A stretch of 64,000 bases of DNA from Pseudovirgaria hyperparasitica (taxonomy: Eukaryota). A program made the position numbers and the translations under genes. The first letter of the stretch is position 1. The number at the start of each line of letters is the position of its first letter. Of the stretch, positions 39,701-53,400 are shown one piece after another. Below the pieces are notes generated by a model that saw nothing but the letters and a program-made list of their open reading frames with translations, searched no databases and was not told where the DNA came from. The stretch is taken from the NCBI GenBank assembly GCA_010093815.1, contig ML996575.1; one strand, written 5' to 3'.

Positions 39701-40930
39701 CTTCTAAGTATATATAATTTAGCTAAGAACGCGGTTAGGTCTCGTGTACTAGCCTACTCTTTTTTTAGATTCTTATAGTTAGGCGAAATATATTCTATTT
39801 CTCTATACTTATAGTAACGAAGTGCGCTATAATCCTACTATTTTATAATAGGCGTTATATTTAAGCCTATACCTTATCCTTTTCTACGTTAAGAAGTACC
39901 GCCTCGATTATTTTAGTATCCTCTTAACGCGTTTCTACCCCGATTTACGCTCTTCTAGTACTAATCGCGGTAAGGTTACTCTTAATCGAACGTATTCAAT
40001 TAACCTCGTTTCTAACCCATATAGAATTCGTCGGTTTTACCTAGAGAGCCGCGTTTCTTAAGGATGCGGTAGTATTTATTAGCTTTCTCCTCTAATTCGT
40101 ATAGATAGTTAAAACTTAATAATACTATTTCTAGTCTTTCGTGGATTAACGGAAGTAGTACTTCGCGAAACTAGAATATATAAATATTTTCCTATAGCGT
40201 AGGGATATTATTCTATAGGTTTTAGAGGTATTATAGTAGTTAAGTAGGTGTCTAGTTCGGTTGTTATACCACGCTTCTTAACTTAGATAGTGCCTTTCTT
40301 TTACGTTCTCTATCCGTTCCGAGGGTGTTTAGTATAAATATAGCTAAATGTTCCTAGGTTATCGTAGATAGTAGCTATACTTCCTTCTATCTATTCTATT
40401 AATCGCGGGATTATAAGTCTAGGTATCGTTCTCCGAACGAAATGCGTTATACTTTAGTAGAAAAGAGTAGAGGGTTATTAAGGAAGTACTTTTCGTAGTC
40501 TCTCTTCTAGTCTTTCTACTTCTTTTAGTTCTTCTCTATAAATATAGTCGGGTCTTTAGATTTCGGTATACCTAGGGAAGGAGTAGAGTAAATCGGTAAC
40601 GAAGTGGCCGGGTATACGGTGGATTATTATAACTCTAATAGTAGGTAAACTAATTCCGCCTGAATTAGTGTAGGAAGTCGTCCACCTACTATCGTTCGGC
40701 GTAGTTCTTTAAGAGACTCCTTAAGTTCTCGTCTCTTTACGAGAAGCTTTGCCCGTTCTATCTATTCTTTAAGGGTTTAAATCTCTTAAGTCTAATTCGC
40801 GACGTATTCCTAAAGTTCAGCGATGGTTTATTATAATACCTCGCGTGGCTCCGCCACGACTCGTTATCCGGCTTTATATTATTAGAAGTTACTCGGTGTA
40901 TCTACTATTTCTTCGTCTAAAAGCTCCGTG
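36701..40930 (-). pseudogene. Family C gag-pol, copy 1 (remainder at 30983-31394 and 19260-19544)
   Basis: Reverse complement of 43910-47978 and 56022-56200; YLD(D) at ~38597-38586. Confidence 0.9.
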
Positions 40931-40984
40931 ATTTAGTCTAATATTTCTACTTCTCGGTTAGAAACGGCTAGGATTAATACTAAT

Positions 40985-41329
40985 TATAGAGGATCCCTAT
41001 TATTTAATATAGTATTACTTATCTCTATAGTAGATCGTATCGACCTTCTCGGTTCTAGTTAGACTATCTTAACTATAGTACTATATAGGGAGTAATTCGA
41101 ATATAAGAATAGGGTTATTAGATAGTAGTATAGTTAGATAGAATAATAGGGTGTATTCTATTATAGAACGAATTACTACCGAACCCTTTCGGTAGAAATC
41201 CAAGAGTATATATATAAAGGGACGCCGATCTATCTAGCACGTAACTATTTACCGCCCTTCACGTTACCTTCTAACCCTATTAGCTAAGGTACGTGTAGGT
41301 CGGGTCCTACCTAAGGCTAAGTCCTAACA
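40985..41329 (-). repeat. 5' LTR of family C copy 1 (~345 bp)
   Basis: Reverse complement of 43509-43853; ends ...GTCCTAACA. Inner boundary is inferred. Confidence 0.85.
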
Positions 41330-43508
41330 AAGAGCTACTAGTAATAGTAGAGTCGTTTAAGTAGTAGCGATATTATCTTAAAGGTACTATATATAACGTT
41401 AAGTTACTAACTAATTACTATAACTTAAAGGGGTTTATAAGTACGATAGTTTTAAATCGTTAATAGATTCGATAGGCTAAGTAGCTTATAAATTTCTACT
41501 TTATAATCTACCATTAACCTAGAAGTATAAACCTAGCTAATAGAATATTAAGAAGACCTAACTATAAAGAAGGCGCCTAGGATTATAGTAGCTATAGGGT
41601 TCTAGAGTAGCTATAGGCCTAACTCTTAAGGACGAGGTTAGATAATAAGTTATCTAACGATTAGTAAGAGACTAAGACTAATACTAGTAATTAAATTTAT
41701 AAGACCGAAGCCGGTAACCAAAGACGCGGTACTAAAGTCCCTAGCGAGCCATTTATTAGCGCTATTAGGGAGGGCGATAGTATCTAGCGTATATATTAAG
41801 TAGACCTCGCCTAGTTAATCGTGGATCTATAAAAGATAGACCCGATAGTTTTAAAGTTATGTAAAATATAGTAAGATAGATTATTACGGACCGAAGTAGA
41901 CTATAAGTAGACCTTCGTAGACGGCTTACTCTACTATAATAGAAAGTACTATATACTAACGGGTAACGCACGATTTACCGTAGTTAGCCGATACTATAAC
42001 GCTAACCTAGTAGAATATTTCGGGTATATACGCACCCTAAGCTCAATTCGTTAGTACTATTTTTAGAAAGATATACCTAAGTATATTAAAGAATAGATAG
42101 CTACTTATCCGATTTATTAAAGAATAAAGGCACCTAGGCACAAGCCATATAGGAACTTACAGCCTCTACTAGTCCCCCTCTTTATATAGGAAGATATTAC
42201 TATAGATTTTATAGTTAACTTACCTCTAAGCGAGATGCTTAGGATAAGTATATCCCTATATAGAAGACGATTATATTAAAAGAACTAGTATAAGTATTCT
42301 AGAATAAGATTATTAAGGTCCATAGTATACTAAAAAGGATCGTTATAGACCGAGGGAGTATATTCACGTCTAAATTCTAGACGTTATTCTACGAAATGGC
42401 CGGTATGAATAGAAACATGTTAATAGTATTCTATCTATAAATAGATAGTTAGATAGAGTGATAGAACTAAACGCTTAAGGCCTACCTTCGTATATTCTAT
42501 AATTTCGAATAAGACGACTAGGCCTCTCTACTAAGTATAGTAGAATTCGCGTATAATAATAGTCGTTATAGTATAATAGGTGTTACGCCCTTCTAGGCGA
42601 ACCTAGGACGTAGTCTAAGGATAGGTTTCGAACCTTATACGGTCTAGTTCGACCAAACGATAGATATTAACGTCCACACGTAGAAACTAGCGATTAAAAT
42701 CTTTAAAACCGTATATAACTATCGCGTAATAATCTAGTAAGCGAATAAGTCGTATATAAAGTACTATAATAGATTAGTTAAAGATTAAGCGTACAAGGAG
42801 GGAGATAAAGTCCTTCTTAATATCCGTAATATATGAACGTCGCGAGTAAATAAAAAGCTCGATTATAAAATAGCTGGTCCCTTCCGAATTAAACGTTGTA
42901 TTAGTATAAGAGTCTACGAGCTCGACCTAGAAAATAATATAAAAGTCTATAATATATTCCACGTCTCATTACTTAAAACGTTTCGACCTAACGTGTATAA
43001 ACGTACGAACGTGTAATTACACTCTATTATACCCTAAGATAGACTAGATATATACGAAGTAGACTATATTATCGAACATAGGCTTAACGAGAACGGTATC
43101 TAAAAGTATTGAATCTATTAGAAGAACTATACTAAGGATAAGGATACCTAGGAATCTATAGTATATATCTTAAGTACCGTGATAGCTATATATAAATAGA
43201 GGTTATAGGATAACACGTTACTACCGTAAACCTAGCGCTATTAGAGCCGTTATAAAAAGAAGAAGAATACTATAGAGAACGAAGTATCGAATCACGAATC
43301 CCAAACGTATACTAGAAAAACTCTATAAGGCAGCCCTATAATTTAAGCGATATACGGTTACTAAACGCGAAGAAAACGTAAATAACCGTTATAGGCACGC
43401 GACGCGATATATTATAATAGAATAACATGGAGAAGTCTAGAATAGACTAACATGGACCATTATACACGAGAAGAACATAGGACTAAGAAACTAAAAAGGT
43501 ACCCTACT
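41330..43508 (+). mobile_element. Gypsy A-related pol fragment (RNase H-IN-chromodomain), bounded by two family C insertions
   Basis: Colinear with 1564-3790 but diverged; small deletion near 42248. Confidence 0.92.
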
Positions 43509-46500
43509 TATTAGGACTTAGCCTTAGGTAGGATCTAATCTATACGTACCTTAGCTAATAGGGTTAGGAGGTGACGTAAAGGGCGGTAAATAGTTACGTA
43601 CTAGATAGATCGGCGTCCCTTTATATATATACTCTTAGATTTCTACTAAAAGAGTTTAGTAGTAATTCGTTCTATAATAGAATATACCCTATTATTCTAT
43701 CTAACTATACTACTATCTAATAACCCTATTCTTATATTCGAATTACTCCCTATATAGTACTATAGTTAAGATAGTCTAACTAGAACCGAGAAGGTCGACA
43801 CGATCTACTATAGAAATAAGTAATACTATATTAAATAATAGGGATCCTCTATAATTAGTATTAATCCTAGCCGTTTCTAACCGAGAAGTAGAAACATTAG
43901 ACTAAATCACGGAGCTTTTAGATGAAGAAATAGTAGATACGCCGAGTAACTTCTAATAATATAAAGCCGGATAACGAGTCGTGGCGGAGCTACGCGAGGT
44001 GTTATAATAAACTATCGCTAAACTTTAGAAATACGTCGCGAATTAGGCTCGAGAGATTTAAACCCTTAAAGAATAGGTAGAACGCGCGAAACTCCTTGTA
44101 AAGAGATAAGAACTTAAGGAGTCTCTTAAAGAACTACGCCGAATAATAGTAGGTAGACGACTTCCTATACTAATTTAGGCGGAATTAGTTTACCTACCAT
44201 TAGAGTTGCGATAATCTACTATATACCTAGCCGCTTCGTTACCGATTTACTCTACTTCTTCCCTAGGTATACTAAAATCTAAAGACCTAACTATATTTAT
44301 AGGGAAGAACTAAAAGGAGTAGAAAGACTAGAAGAGAGACTACGAAAAGTACTTCCTCGATAACCCTCTACTCTTTTCTACTAAAGTATAACGTATTTCG
44401 TTTAGAGAACGATACCTAGACTTATAGTCCCGCGATTAATAGGATAGATAGAAGGAAGTATAGCTACTATCTATAATAACCTAGGAATATTTAGCTATAT
44501 TTATACTAAATACCCTTAGAACGGATAGAGAACGTGAAAGAAAGGTACTATCTAAGTTAAGAAGCGTAGTATAACGACCGAACTAGACACCTACTTAACT
44601 ACTATAATACCTCTAAAACCTATAGAATAATATCCCTACGCTATAGAAAAATATTCGTATATTCTAGTTTCACGAAGTACTACTTCCGTTAATCCGCGAA
44701 AGACTAGGAATAGTATTATTAAGTTTTAACTATCTACACGAATTAGAGGAGAAAGCTAATAAATACTACCACATTCTTAAGGAACGCGGCTCTCTAGGTA
44801 AAACCAACGAACCCTATACGGGTTAGAAACGAGGTTAATTAAATACATTCGATTAAGAGTAATCTTACCGTGATTAGCGCTAGAAGAGCGTAAATTAGGG
44901 TAGAAACGCGTTAAGAGGATACTAAAATAATTAAGGCGGTGCTTCTTAACACGGAAAAGGATAAGGTATAGACTTAAATATAACGTCTATTATAAAATAG
45001 TAGGATTATAGCGCACTTCGTTACTATAAGTATAGAGAAATAGAATATATTTCGCCTAACTATAAGAATCTAAAAAAAGAGTAGGCTAGTACACGAGACC
45101 TAACCGCGTTCTTAGCTAAATTATATATACTTAGAAGGAGCCGTAGCGCCTTCCGGCGAGTAAAGACCTAATATTACTAAAAGTATCGTTACCTATAGTA
45201 AATAGTAATAAAACTATATAGACCCTTATAGTTACTAGTATAGAAGATAACTATATTTTATCGATTCTTGTAAAGGAGTATAGATTATCGTATAATCTCG
45301 GTAAAGTTAGCCGAACTATTATAGTTAATAGATATAAAGTTAGAACTTTAGATAAAGCTATAACGAATTACGAAGTTCATAACTCGAAGATAATAAAATA
45401 GTAGATATCTAATAAATTTATTATGGCTAATATTAGCTAATAGAATATGATTCTAGGGATACCTTAGCTTAGACGCCTAAACCCTATCCTTAATTTTTAG
45501 AAGGAGATATTAACGTTCCGATAATACCGTGGTAAATTATACTAGTAAGTTATAACTATTAGTAAGAAGGTATAGAACCTCGCCATACGGACCCGATTAT
45601 TACTAATCTATCTTGTATCCTTATTAATTATTAATAAAGATAAGGATAATAGTAATAATCGGGGCGAAGATACGCTACCCGACGTATATTTATAGTATAT
45701 AGATATGTTTTTAGTAGGCGATGTGTTACTTCTCCCTAATTATAGACTATATAAGCTAAAGATTAAGCTTAAAGAGGGAGTAGACGTCCCTTATAGTCTA
45801 CTTTACCTACTTTTAAGACTAGAACTCGAAGTTCTTCGTAAATATATTAAAGAATACCTTAAAAGAGACTAGATATGTTAGAGTATATTATCGGCTAACG
45901 CACCTATTCTCTTTATAAAGAAGAAAGATAGAAGTTTACGTCTATACGTCGACTATCGGGTACTAAATATAGTGACTAAGAAGAATCGTTATCTATTACC
46001 GCTAGTTAGTAAATCTTTAGACTAATTAACGAAGGCAAAGTACTTTACGAAGCTAGATTTATAAGATATATATTACTAGCTTCGAATTTATCGCGGAGAT
46101 AAGTAGAAAACCACATTTCGGACTATATATAGTTATTTTAAGTATACTATTATACTATTCGGGCTAATAAATGCGCTAGGAGCGTTTTGAGAATATATTA
46201 ATACTATACTCGTAGGATTACTTAACGTGATTTACGTAGTTTATCTCGATAATATACTAATTTACTCCGATAGTATGTAGGATTATAAAGAATATATAAA
46301 ATCGGTGCTAAATTATCTAAGGTAGTATAAACTCTATATAAAATTATCTAAATGCGAGTTTCACTAATAAGAAGTTGGGTTTCTTGGCTTTATTATAATA
46401 TATAGTAGCCTAAAAATGGAGCCGGAGCGTGTAAAGACCATTATAGAATGGCTAGAATCTACTACTATATATTAAATTAGAATATTTATAGGTTTCGTAA

Positions 46501-48695
46501 ACTATTATCGTAAATTCATTATAGACTTCTTATAAATTATAGCGCCGCTTAATAAACTTATAGAGAATGGCGGTAAAATCCCTATAGGTAGGCGAGTATA
46601 GCGTAAAGCTAAGTCGGTTAAGATATAGTTAACGCCGGAAGCGTAAGATACGTTCTAATCGTTAAAGAATTACTTTATAACTACGCCGATTCTTAGGTAT
46701 TTTAATTCTAAGAAGTATATTTAGGTCGAAACTAACGCGTTAGAATTCGTAATTACTAGAATTATTAGTTAACCGTATAAAGATACGAAAGATAAGATGT
46801 AATAGTACCCGGTCGCTTTCTTTTCCTATAAAATGGCGGATATAGAGACGCGTTATAACACGCACGACTAGAAACTACTTATAATTATTAAGAGTTTTAA
46901 GTAATAGTAATATTATTTAGAAGGCTCCGTATATTAGATCGAATTATTATTAGATTATATAAATCTACGTTACTTTATATCGACTAAGGTCCTTAATTAC
47001 TAATAAGTACGTTAGACTAAGTAGATATTAATATTTAACTTTAAAATCCTATATAAAGCTAGAAGAGAGAATAAAGCTAATCCTCTATCGCGGCATAAAG
47101 ATTATAAGAAATCGTTATAGAATAACGTAGATAGTCGGTATAAGTTAGACTATACTATACTTTAGATACTATAAGACTAGTTATCTAATAGAATACTAGA
47201 AGCTAGGACACTTTCGGCAATTCTCCGTGGGAATTAGAGCGGGTATTAAGTAATCTAAATAAACGTCTAAGAAACTAAGAAAACCCTCGAAGACTTAATT
47301 AAATCTATCTAGAATTACGATATATTAGTAAAGAAAGTCATAAGTATAAAAGGAAGTACTATAGATCTACCGTAGTTATTAAGGTAGGAATAACGATTAG
47401 ACGCGATCTACTTCTAAGGCCGACTCTACGTGCCGGAAGGCGGCTTATAAATTAATATTTTAAGGGAATAGCACGATTACGCGTTAGTAGGGTACTTCAG
47501 CGTTATAAGGACGGTCAATTTAATCCGAAGGATATATAACTAGCCGGGTCTTTATAAATATATAAAAGACTATATAAAAACGTATAACGTTTACTAGTAT
47601 ATAAAAGTATATAGATACTTACTATATAGTAAATTAAGGCTATTACCTATACTAAAGGAAGTATAGAAGGAATTATTAATAGATTTTATTAAAGATCTAC
47701 CCCTAAGTAAGTATTCTAGGTATATTTATAATAGTTTACTCGTAGTTCTAGATAGATTTATAAAGATATTATACTATATCCCTATAAGGAAGACGATCTA
47801 AGTACTAGATCTTATAGATATACTACTCCGTAACGTAGTCTAGCTCTATAGTATACTAAATGGTATAGTTTCGGATAGAGGTCCGTAGATAACGTCTAAA
47901 TTTTAGAAGGATTTCTACTATATACTAGGAATTAAGCGGAAACTTAGTACTACGTTCCACCTATAAATAGATAGATAGTGTAAAGAGTGAAGACGTGGGA
48001 TAGTAGTCTAATAGTTTATAGAGAGACATAGGAATGTATTTATAGAGTAATCTTACTCTTATACGAGGTTGATTCCTAACGAGTAGGAATCGGTTTATGC
48101 GGTCTACTTATATAGTAACCTCGCTTAACTTAGCTAACTCAACCTAGCTCTGGCCACTACGTGGCTACATGGATTAGAATAGTCCATATAGGTCCGTTAT
48201 AGTTCCCGTCCTAATAATATCCTTCTTCTTTTTATGCTTCGCCCCGAAGCACTTAAGTATGTATAATTCTAAGTCTCTATAATCTATCGTGTATCTATAT
48301 ATCTATAACTAAGTTTCTATAACGTTATAACCATCCTTAATATAGGTGAACTTGAGATTCTAGTTTACTTTTATTCGTTTATACACGCGCTTATCCCTTA
48401 CTTCGTGGCTACTACCTAGAATATATAATTACTACTTTAGTCGAGTATATATTTAGCTTCGCTCGCCTTTGATTTTATTCTCTAGTATATCTACCTCGCT
48501 CTTAAGGTAAGTCGTTAATTCATATACTATCTTCCCTAGTTTAGGTTTAGAAGGGTCTATAGTAGTCTATTCTTATTAGAACCGGTCCTATGTAACCCAT
48601 TCGCGTTATTACGGTTACTAATTTAGCTTCGTTAATCGCCGTTAAGGGTAGACGAATATTCCTTCCTTAGATCTCTAGCTAACGTATATATATAG

Positions 48696-49995
48696 ATGTC
48701 TAATACTAGTCCTATCTCTAAGCCTACCTCCTCCTCTTATAAGACTTACTCTAAAGGCATCGCCTTCTCCCCGGCCACGCTAGCTAAGAAGCCTACCTAT
48801 CGCGGTAGTACGAAGGCGCGCTCTAAGTCGGAGAAGAGAGTAGCTAGGGCTACTACTACTACTGCCTCTACCACTAATGTGGCTACTAGTCGCTCTAATC
48901 TAGGTAATCCTAGTACTAAACTTATGGATAAAGTGGTCGTAGGTTCTCCTCTCACTCTAAAGCGTACGCCGTCTACTCTATCTCCTCTAGAGGATAAAGA
49001 AGATCTCGTTATAGACGATAATCGCAAGCCCTCGCGCTTACCCACGCCGCCGCCTTACCACTCTTCCTTCTAGTCTAATATAGACTAATTTAGTCGCTCT
49101 AGGTCCTTTTAGGACCTTAATATTCGCTCTAAACCCTAGTCTACTAATAATAAGGTCTAGGTCGCCGAGGATACTAAACGTAGTTACGGTTTACGCCATA
49201 GGAAAACGGCGAACTACGGTTTAATGTACTATAAGTATATTAAGGGCTATATAGCTAGCTCTAAATATCTCTTTCGCTCTAACTCTAGTATTAGCTACTA
49301 CTATACTAACCGCGACGGGCCTATACGCCCTATCTTTACTCTACCTACCCGCTACCGCCGCTATACCGTGACTAGTAAGACTTATCTATAGGTAAGTATA
49401 ATAGGCTATCTTAATCTAGTATGATCTAAAGTGGTCCGCGCTAATATATTCTTAGGTTCCTATATATATATAAGATATATATAATGACCTTCGCGTCCGC
49501 GAGACCCTCGGGGGTCCTTATAGCTACCTATCTACTATATAGAGGGAGTTTAGGGAGCGCTATAAGCTCTTCCTAGAGGTTATTAAAGTGTAAGTTATAA
49601 GTACGTTAATTATTTTTAACACCCATTGATTTTTCTAGCCGCCGCGAGATCCCTAGCGCCTAGGCTACCTATTCTAGAGAGTCTATCCTAGCTATAGAGG
49701 CCGTAGAGAGGATTCGCTCTATCCCCCCCTATCCGTCTCGCGCTACTAATAGATCTTATAAGAGGTCTACTATTTCTCCCTCTAAGTCGCCTTGTAAGAG
49801 GGTATATATTCCCTTCTAGATTATTCTAGATCGTGTTAGCTAACTTTAGACCTAGTCGCTACGCTCCGGCGCTTAAGGCTCTTCCCTCTAGGCTCTAACG
49901 GATCGGGTTATTACTCTAGAGACTAAGGTCGTCGTCCTCCGCCGCCATATCGTACGGTTAGAGAGAACTATACTAGAGATTAGGACGGATAATAA
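48696..49995 (+). pseudogene. Antisense spliced accessory gene of family A (Ser/Thr/Pro-rich N-terminus, Cys-rich middle)
   Basis: 125-codon open stretch from ATG 48696; GTAAGT...YTAAY...YAG introns at 48507-48695, 49392-49455 and 49590-49638. Confidence 0.65.
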
Positions 49996-50499
49996 GATAG
50001 AGAAGTAGCTCTATGGTTCTAGCTCTATGTGTTGGCTCTATGCCTGGCTCTATATGTTCTGGATCTACTATAGGTGGTGTGCGCCGGCTCTGTTTACCTG
50101 GCTTTTATCCGTTTTAGTCCTTTTTAGACCGTTTAGATACCCGTTGGCTAGTTTCTAGTAATTTAATTCTTGACTTAACGATATTGTATGTGCGCTCGCT
50201 TAGCTTATGACTATCGGTTTCTATATTCTAATTTTCCTTAAGTCACCTAAGTGTGGGCACCGTATATAAATTAGTTTATCTCTATGAATTCTATTAGAGC
50301 ACCCGAACTAGTGGCCTAGTAGTTATTAGTTCGGGTACTCTAACCTTTTATATTTCGTGTTAAGAGTTTAATTCTATGGTGGGGTACCTTTTTTTAGGTT
50401 CTTAGTCCTATGTTTTTCTCGTGTATAATGGTCCATGTTAGTCTATTCTAGACTCTTCTATGTTATTTTATTATAGTGTATCGCGTCGCGTTTCTAAAA

Positions 50500-53400
50500 T
50501 GGTTATTTACGCTTTCTTCGCGTCTAGTAACCGTGCGACGCTTAAATTATAGGGCTACTATATAGAGTTTTCCTAGTACGCGTCTGGATTTCCTAGTTTA
50601 GCACTTCGTTCTCTACGGTATCCTTCTTCTTTTTATAATAACCGCGACGTCGCTATGCTTACATTAATAATGCGCTATTCTATATCTTTTACTTATACGT
50701 AGCTATTATAGAACTTAAGATATATACCGCTGGTTTCTAGGTATCCTCGTCCTTAGTATAGTCCTTCTAACGGATTCTATATTTCTAAACACCGTCTTTA
50801 TCGATCCTATATTCGATAATATGGTCCACTTCGAATACGTCTAGTCTATCTTAGGGTATAATAGAGTGTAACTACACGTTTATACGGCCATATACGTTAG
50901 GTCGAAATCTTTCGAGTAGTAAGACGTGGAACACGTTATGGATTCTTATGTCGCTTCCTAAGTCAAGCTCGTAGGCTCTTATACTAATGTAACGTTTGAT
51001 TCGGAAGGGACCAGCTATTTTATAATCGAGCTTCTTATTTACTCGCGACGTTTATATATTACGGACGTTAAGAAGGACCTCGTCGCCCTCCTTATATATC
51101 TAATCCTTAGCTAATCTATTATAGTACTTCATATACGAGTCGTTTACTTATTAGATTATAGCGCGATAGTTACGTGTGGTTTTAAAGATTTTAATCGCTA
51201 ATTCCTAAGCGTGGACGTTCATGTCTATTATTCGATTAAATTAGACCGTCTAAGGCTTAAAACCTATCCTTAGATTACGTCTAAGGTTCGCCTAGAAAGG
51301 TATAATATCTATCGTACTATAACGACTATTATTATATACGAACTCTACTATACTTAGTAGGGAGGCCTAGTTATCCTGCTCGAAATTATAGAATGCGCGT
51401 AGGTAGGCCTCGAGCGTCTAGTTCTATCGCTCTGTCTAGCTATCCGTCTAAGGATGAAATACTATAGATATATTTCTATTTATACTTACCATTTCGTAGA
51501 ATAACGTCTAGAATTTGGACGTAAAGATACTTCCTCGGTCCGTAACGATTCTTTTTAGTATACTATGGACCTTAATAATCTCGTTCTAGAACACCTACGC
51601 TAGTTCTTTAGATGTAATCATCTTCTATACCGGGATATATCTAGATATCTTTATAAGTCTATCCACGATAATAAGAATAGAATTATAACTTATTCTAAGT
51701 ATCTCGCTTAGAGGTAAGTTAACTATAAAGTCTATAGTAACGTCTTCCTATATAAAGAGGGGGGCTGAAAGAGGCTATAAATTCCTATATAGCTTATGCC
51801 TAGGGGCCTTCGTTCTTTGATAAATCGGATAAGTAGCTATCTATTCTTTAATATACTTAGATATATCTTCCTAAAAATAGTACTAACGAATTAAGCTTAG
51901 GGTACGTATATACCTAAAGTATTCTACTAGGTTAGCGTTATGGTATTGGCTAACTACGTTGAATCGCGCGTTACCTATTAGTATATAGTACTTTCTATTA
52001 TAGTAAAGTAAGCCGTCCACGAAGGTCTACTTATAGTCTACTTTAGTTTATAATGATTTATCTTACTATATTTTACGTAACTTTAAAACTATCGGGTCTA
52101 TCTTCTATAGATCTATGATTAACTAGGCGAGGTTAATTAGATATTTACGCTAGGTATTATCGCCCTTCCCGATAGCGCTAATAAACGGTCTACTAGGGAC
52201 TTCGGTACCGCGTCTTTGGTTACCGGCTTCGGTCTTAGAGATTCGATTACTAGTATCAACGTTAGTATCTCGCTAATCGCCTAATAACTTAAAATCTAAC
52301 CTCGTCCTTAAGAGTTAGGCCTATAGCTACTCTAGGACCCTATAGCTACTATAATTCTAGGCGCCTTCTTTATAGTTAGGTCTTCTTAATATTCTATTAG
52401 CTAGGTTTATACTTCTAGGTCGATAGTAGATTATAAAGTGAAAGTTCGTAAGCTACTTAGCCTATTAGACCTATTAACGGTTTAAAACCGTCGTGCTTAT
52501 AAACCCCTTTAAGTTATAGTAATTAGTTAGTAACTTAACGTTATGTATAGTACCTTTAAGATAATATCGCTACTATTTAAACGACTCTACTATTACTAGT
52601 AGCTCTTAGTTATAGATAGTATATCTAGTCTTAATATCGACTATTTTACGTAAGAAGAACGTAACTAGATACTATTAGACCTTTTTAGACTTAGTTAGTC
52701 TAGGCTAGAAGAGAATGTCTAAGATTATAAATCCTAACGCGTTAGTTTTAATGTAGATAGGTTTAGTCGGGTCGAAGTACACTAGTAATAGAGTAGTTAT
52801 AAATACCTCTTTGATTTTCTCGAAGGAGGCCCTTTCGCCTTCTAATAATTCTATAGGCTACGATTTAATATTACGCTGTTTCTATCTACCGCGGACTATA
52901 ATAGACGAATCTATGGTAGTAGTACGCGCGTTAAGCGGTACTACTAGCCGGGAGAAATGCTTAACGAATTTTTGGTAGTAATTAGCGAATCTAATAAAGA
53001 CACGTATATCTCGAACCGATTTTAGTTTAGGCCAGTCCACGATAGTAGTAACCCTATCCCTTTCTATGGTTATACCTTAATTAGTAATAACGAAGCTAAG
53101 GAAGTTAACATAGTCCTGGTGGAACTCACATTTAGATAGCTTAATATATAGCTTATGTTTTTCTAGCCTATCTAGGACTACGTGTACGTGCTAGATATAT
53201 TCTTCTTCGTTATTAGAGAAGATAAGAATGTTATTAAGGTATATAATGCACGTCGTATCGAGTAGGCCTACTAGCGCGTTATTAATATACGCTTAGAAGG
53301 TTCCTAGCGCGTTAGTTAGTCTAAAAGGGACTACTATATACTCGAAGTGTCTATAACAGGTCCTAAATACCGTTTTCTACTTATCGCCCTTCTTAATATA

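Larger units (their letters stand above)
16758..41329 (-). mobile_element. Gypsy chromovirus family C, copy 1; interrupted by Gypsy B, the LINE and two assembly gaps; 3' LTR missing
   Basis: Pieces 16758-19544, 30983-31394 and 36691-41329 are the reverse complement of 43509-59813 without its insertions; 5' LTR at 40985-41329. Confidence 0.93.

Noticed and set aside
42240..42270. Small deletion in the integrase of the A-related relic
   Set aside because: Ordinary decay of a dead element.
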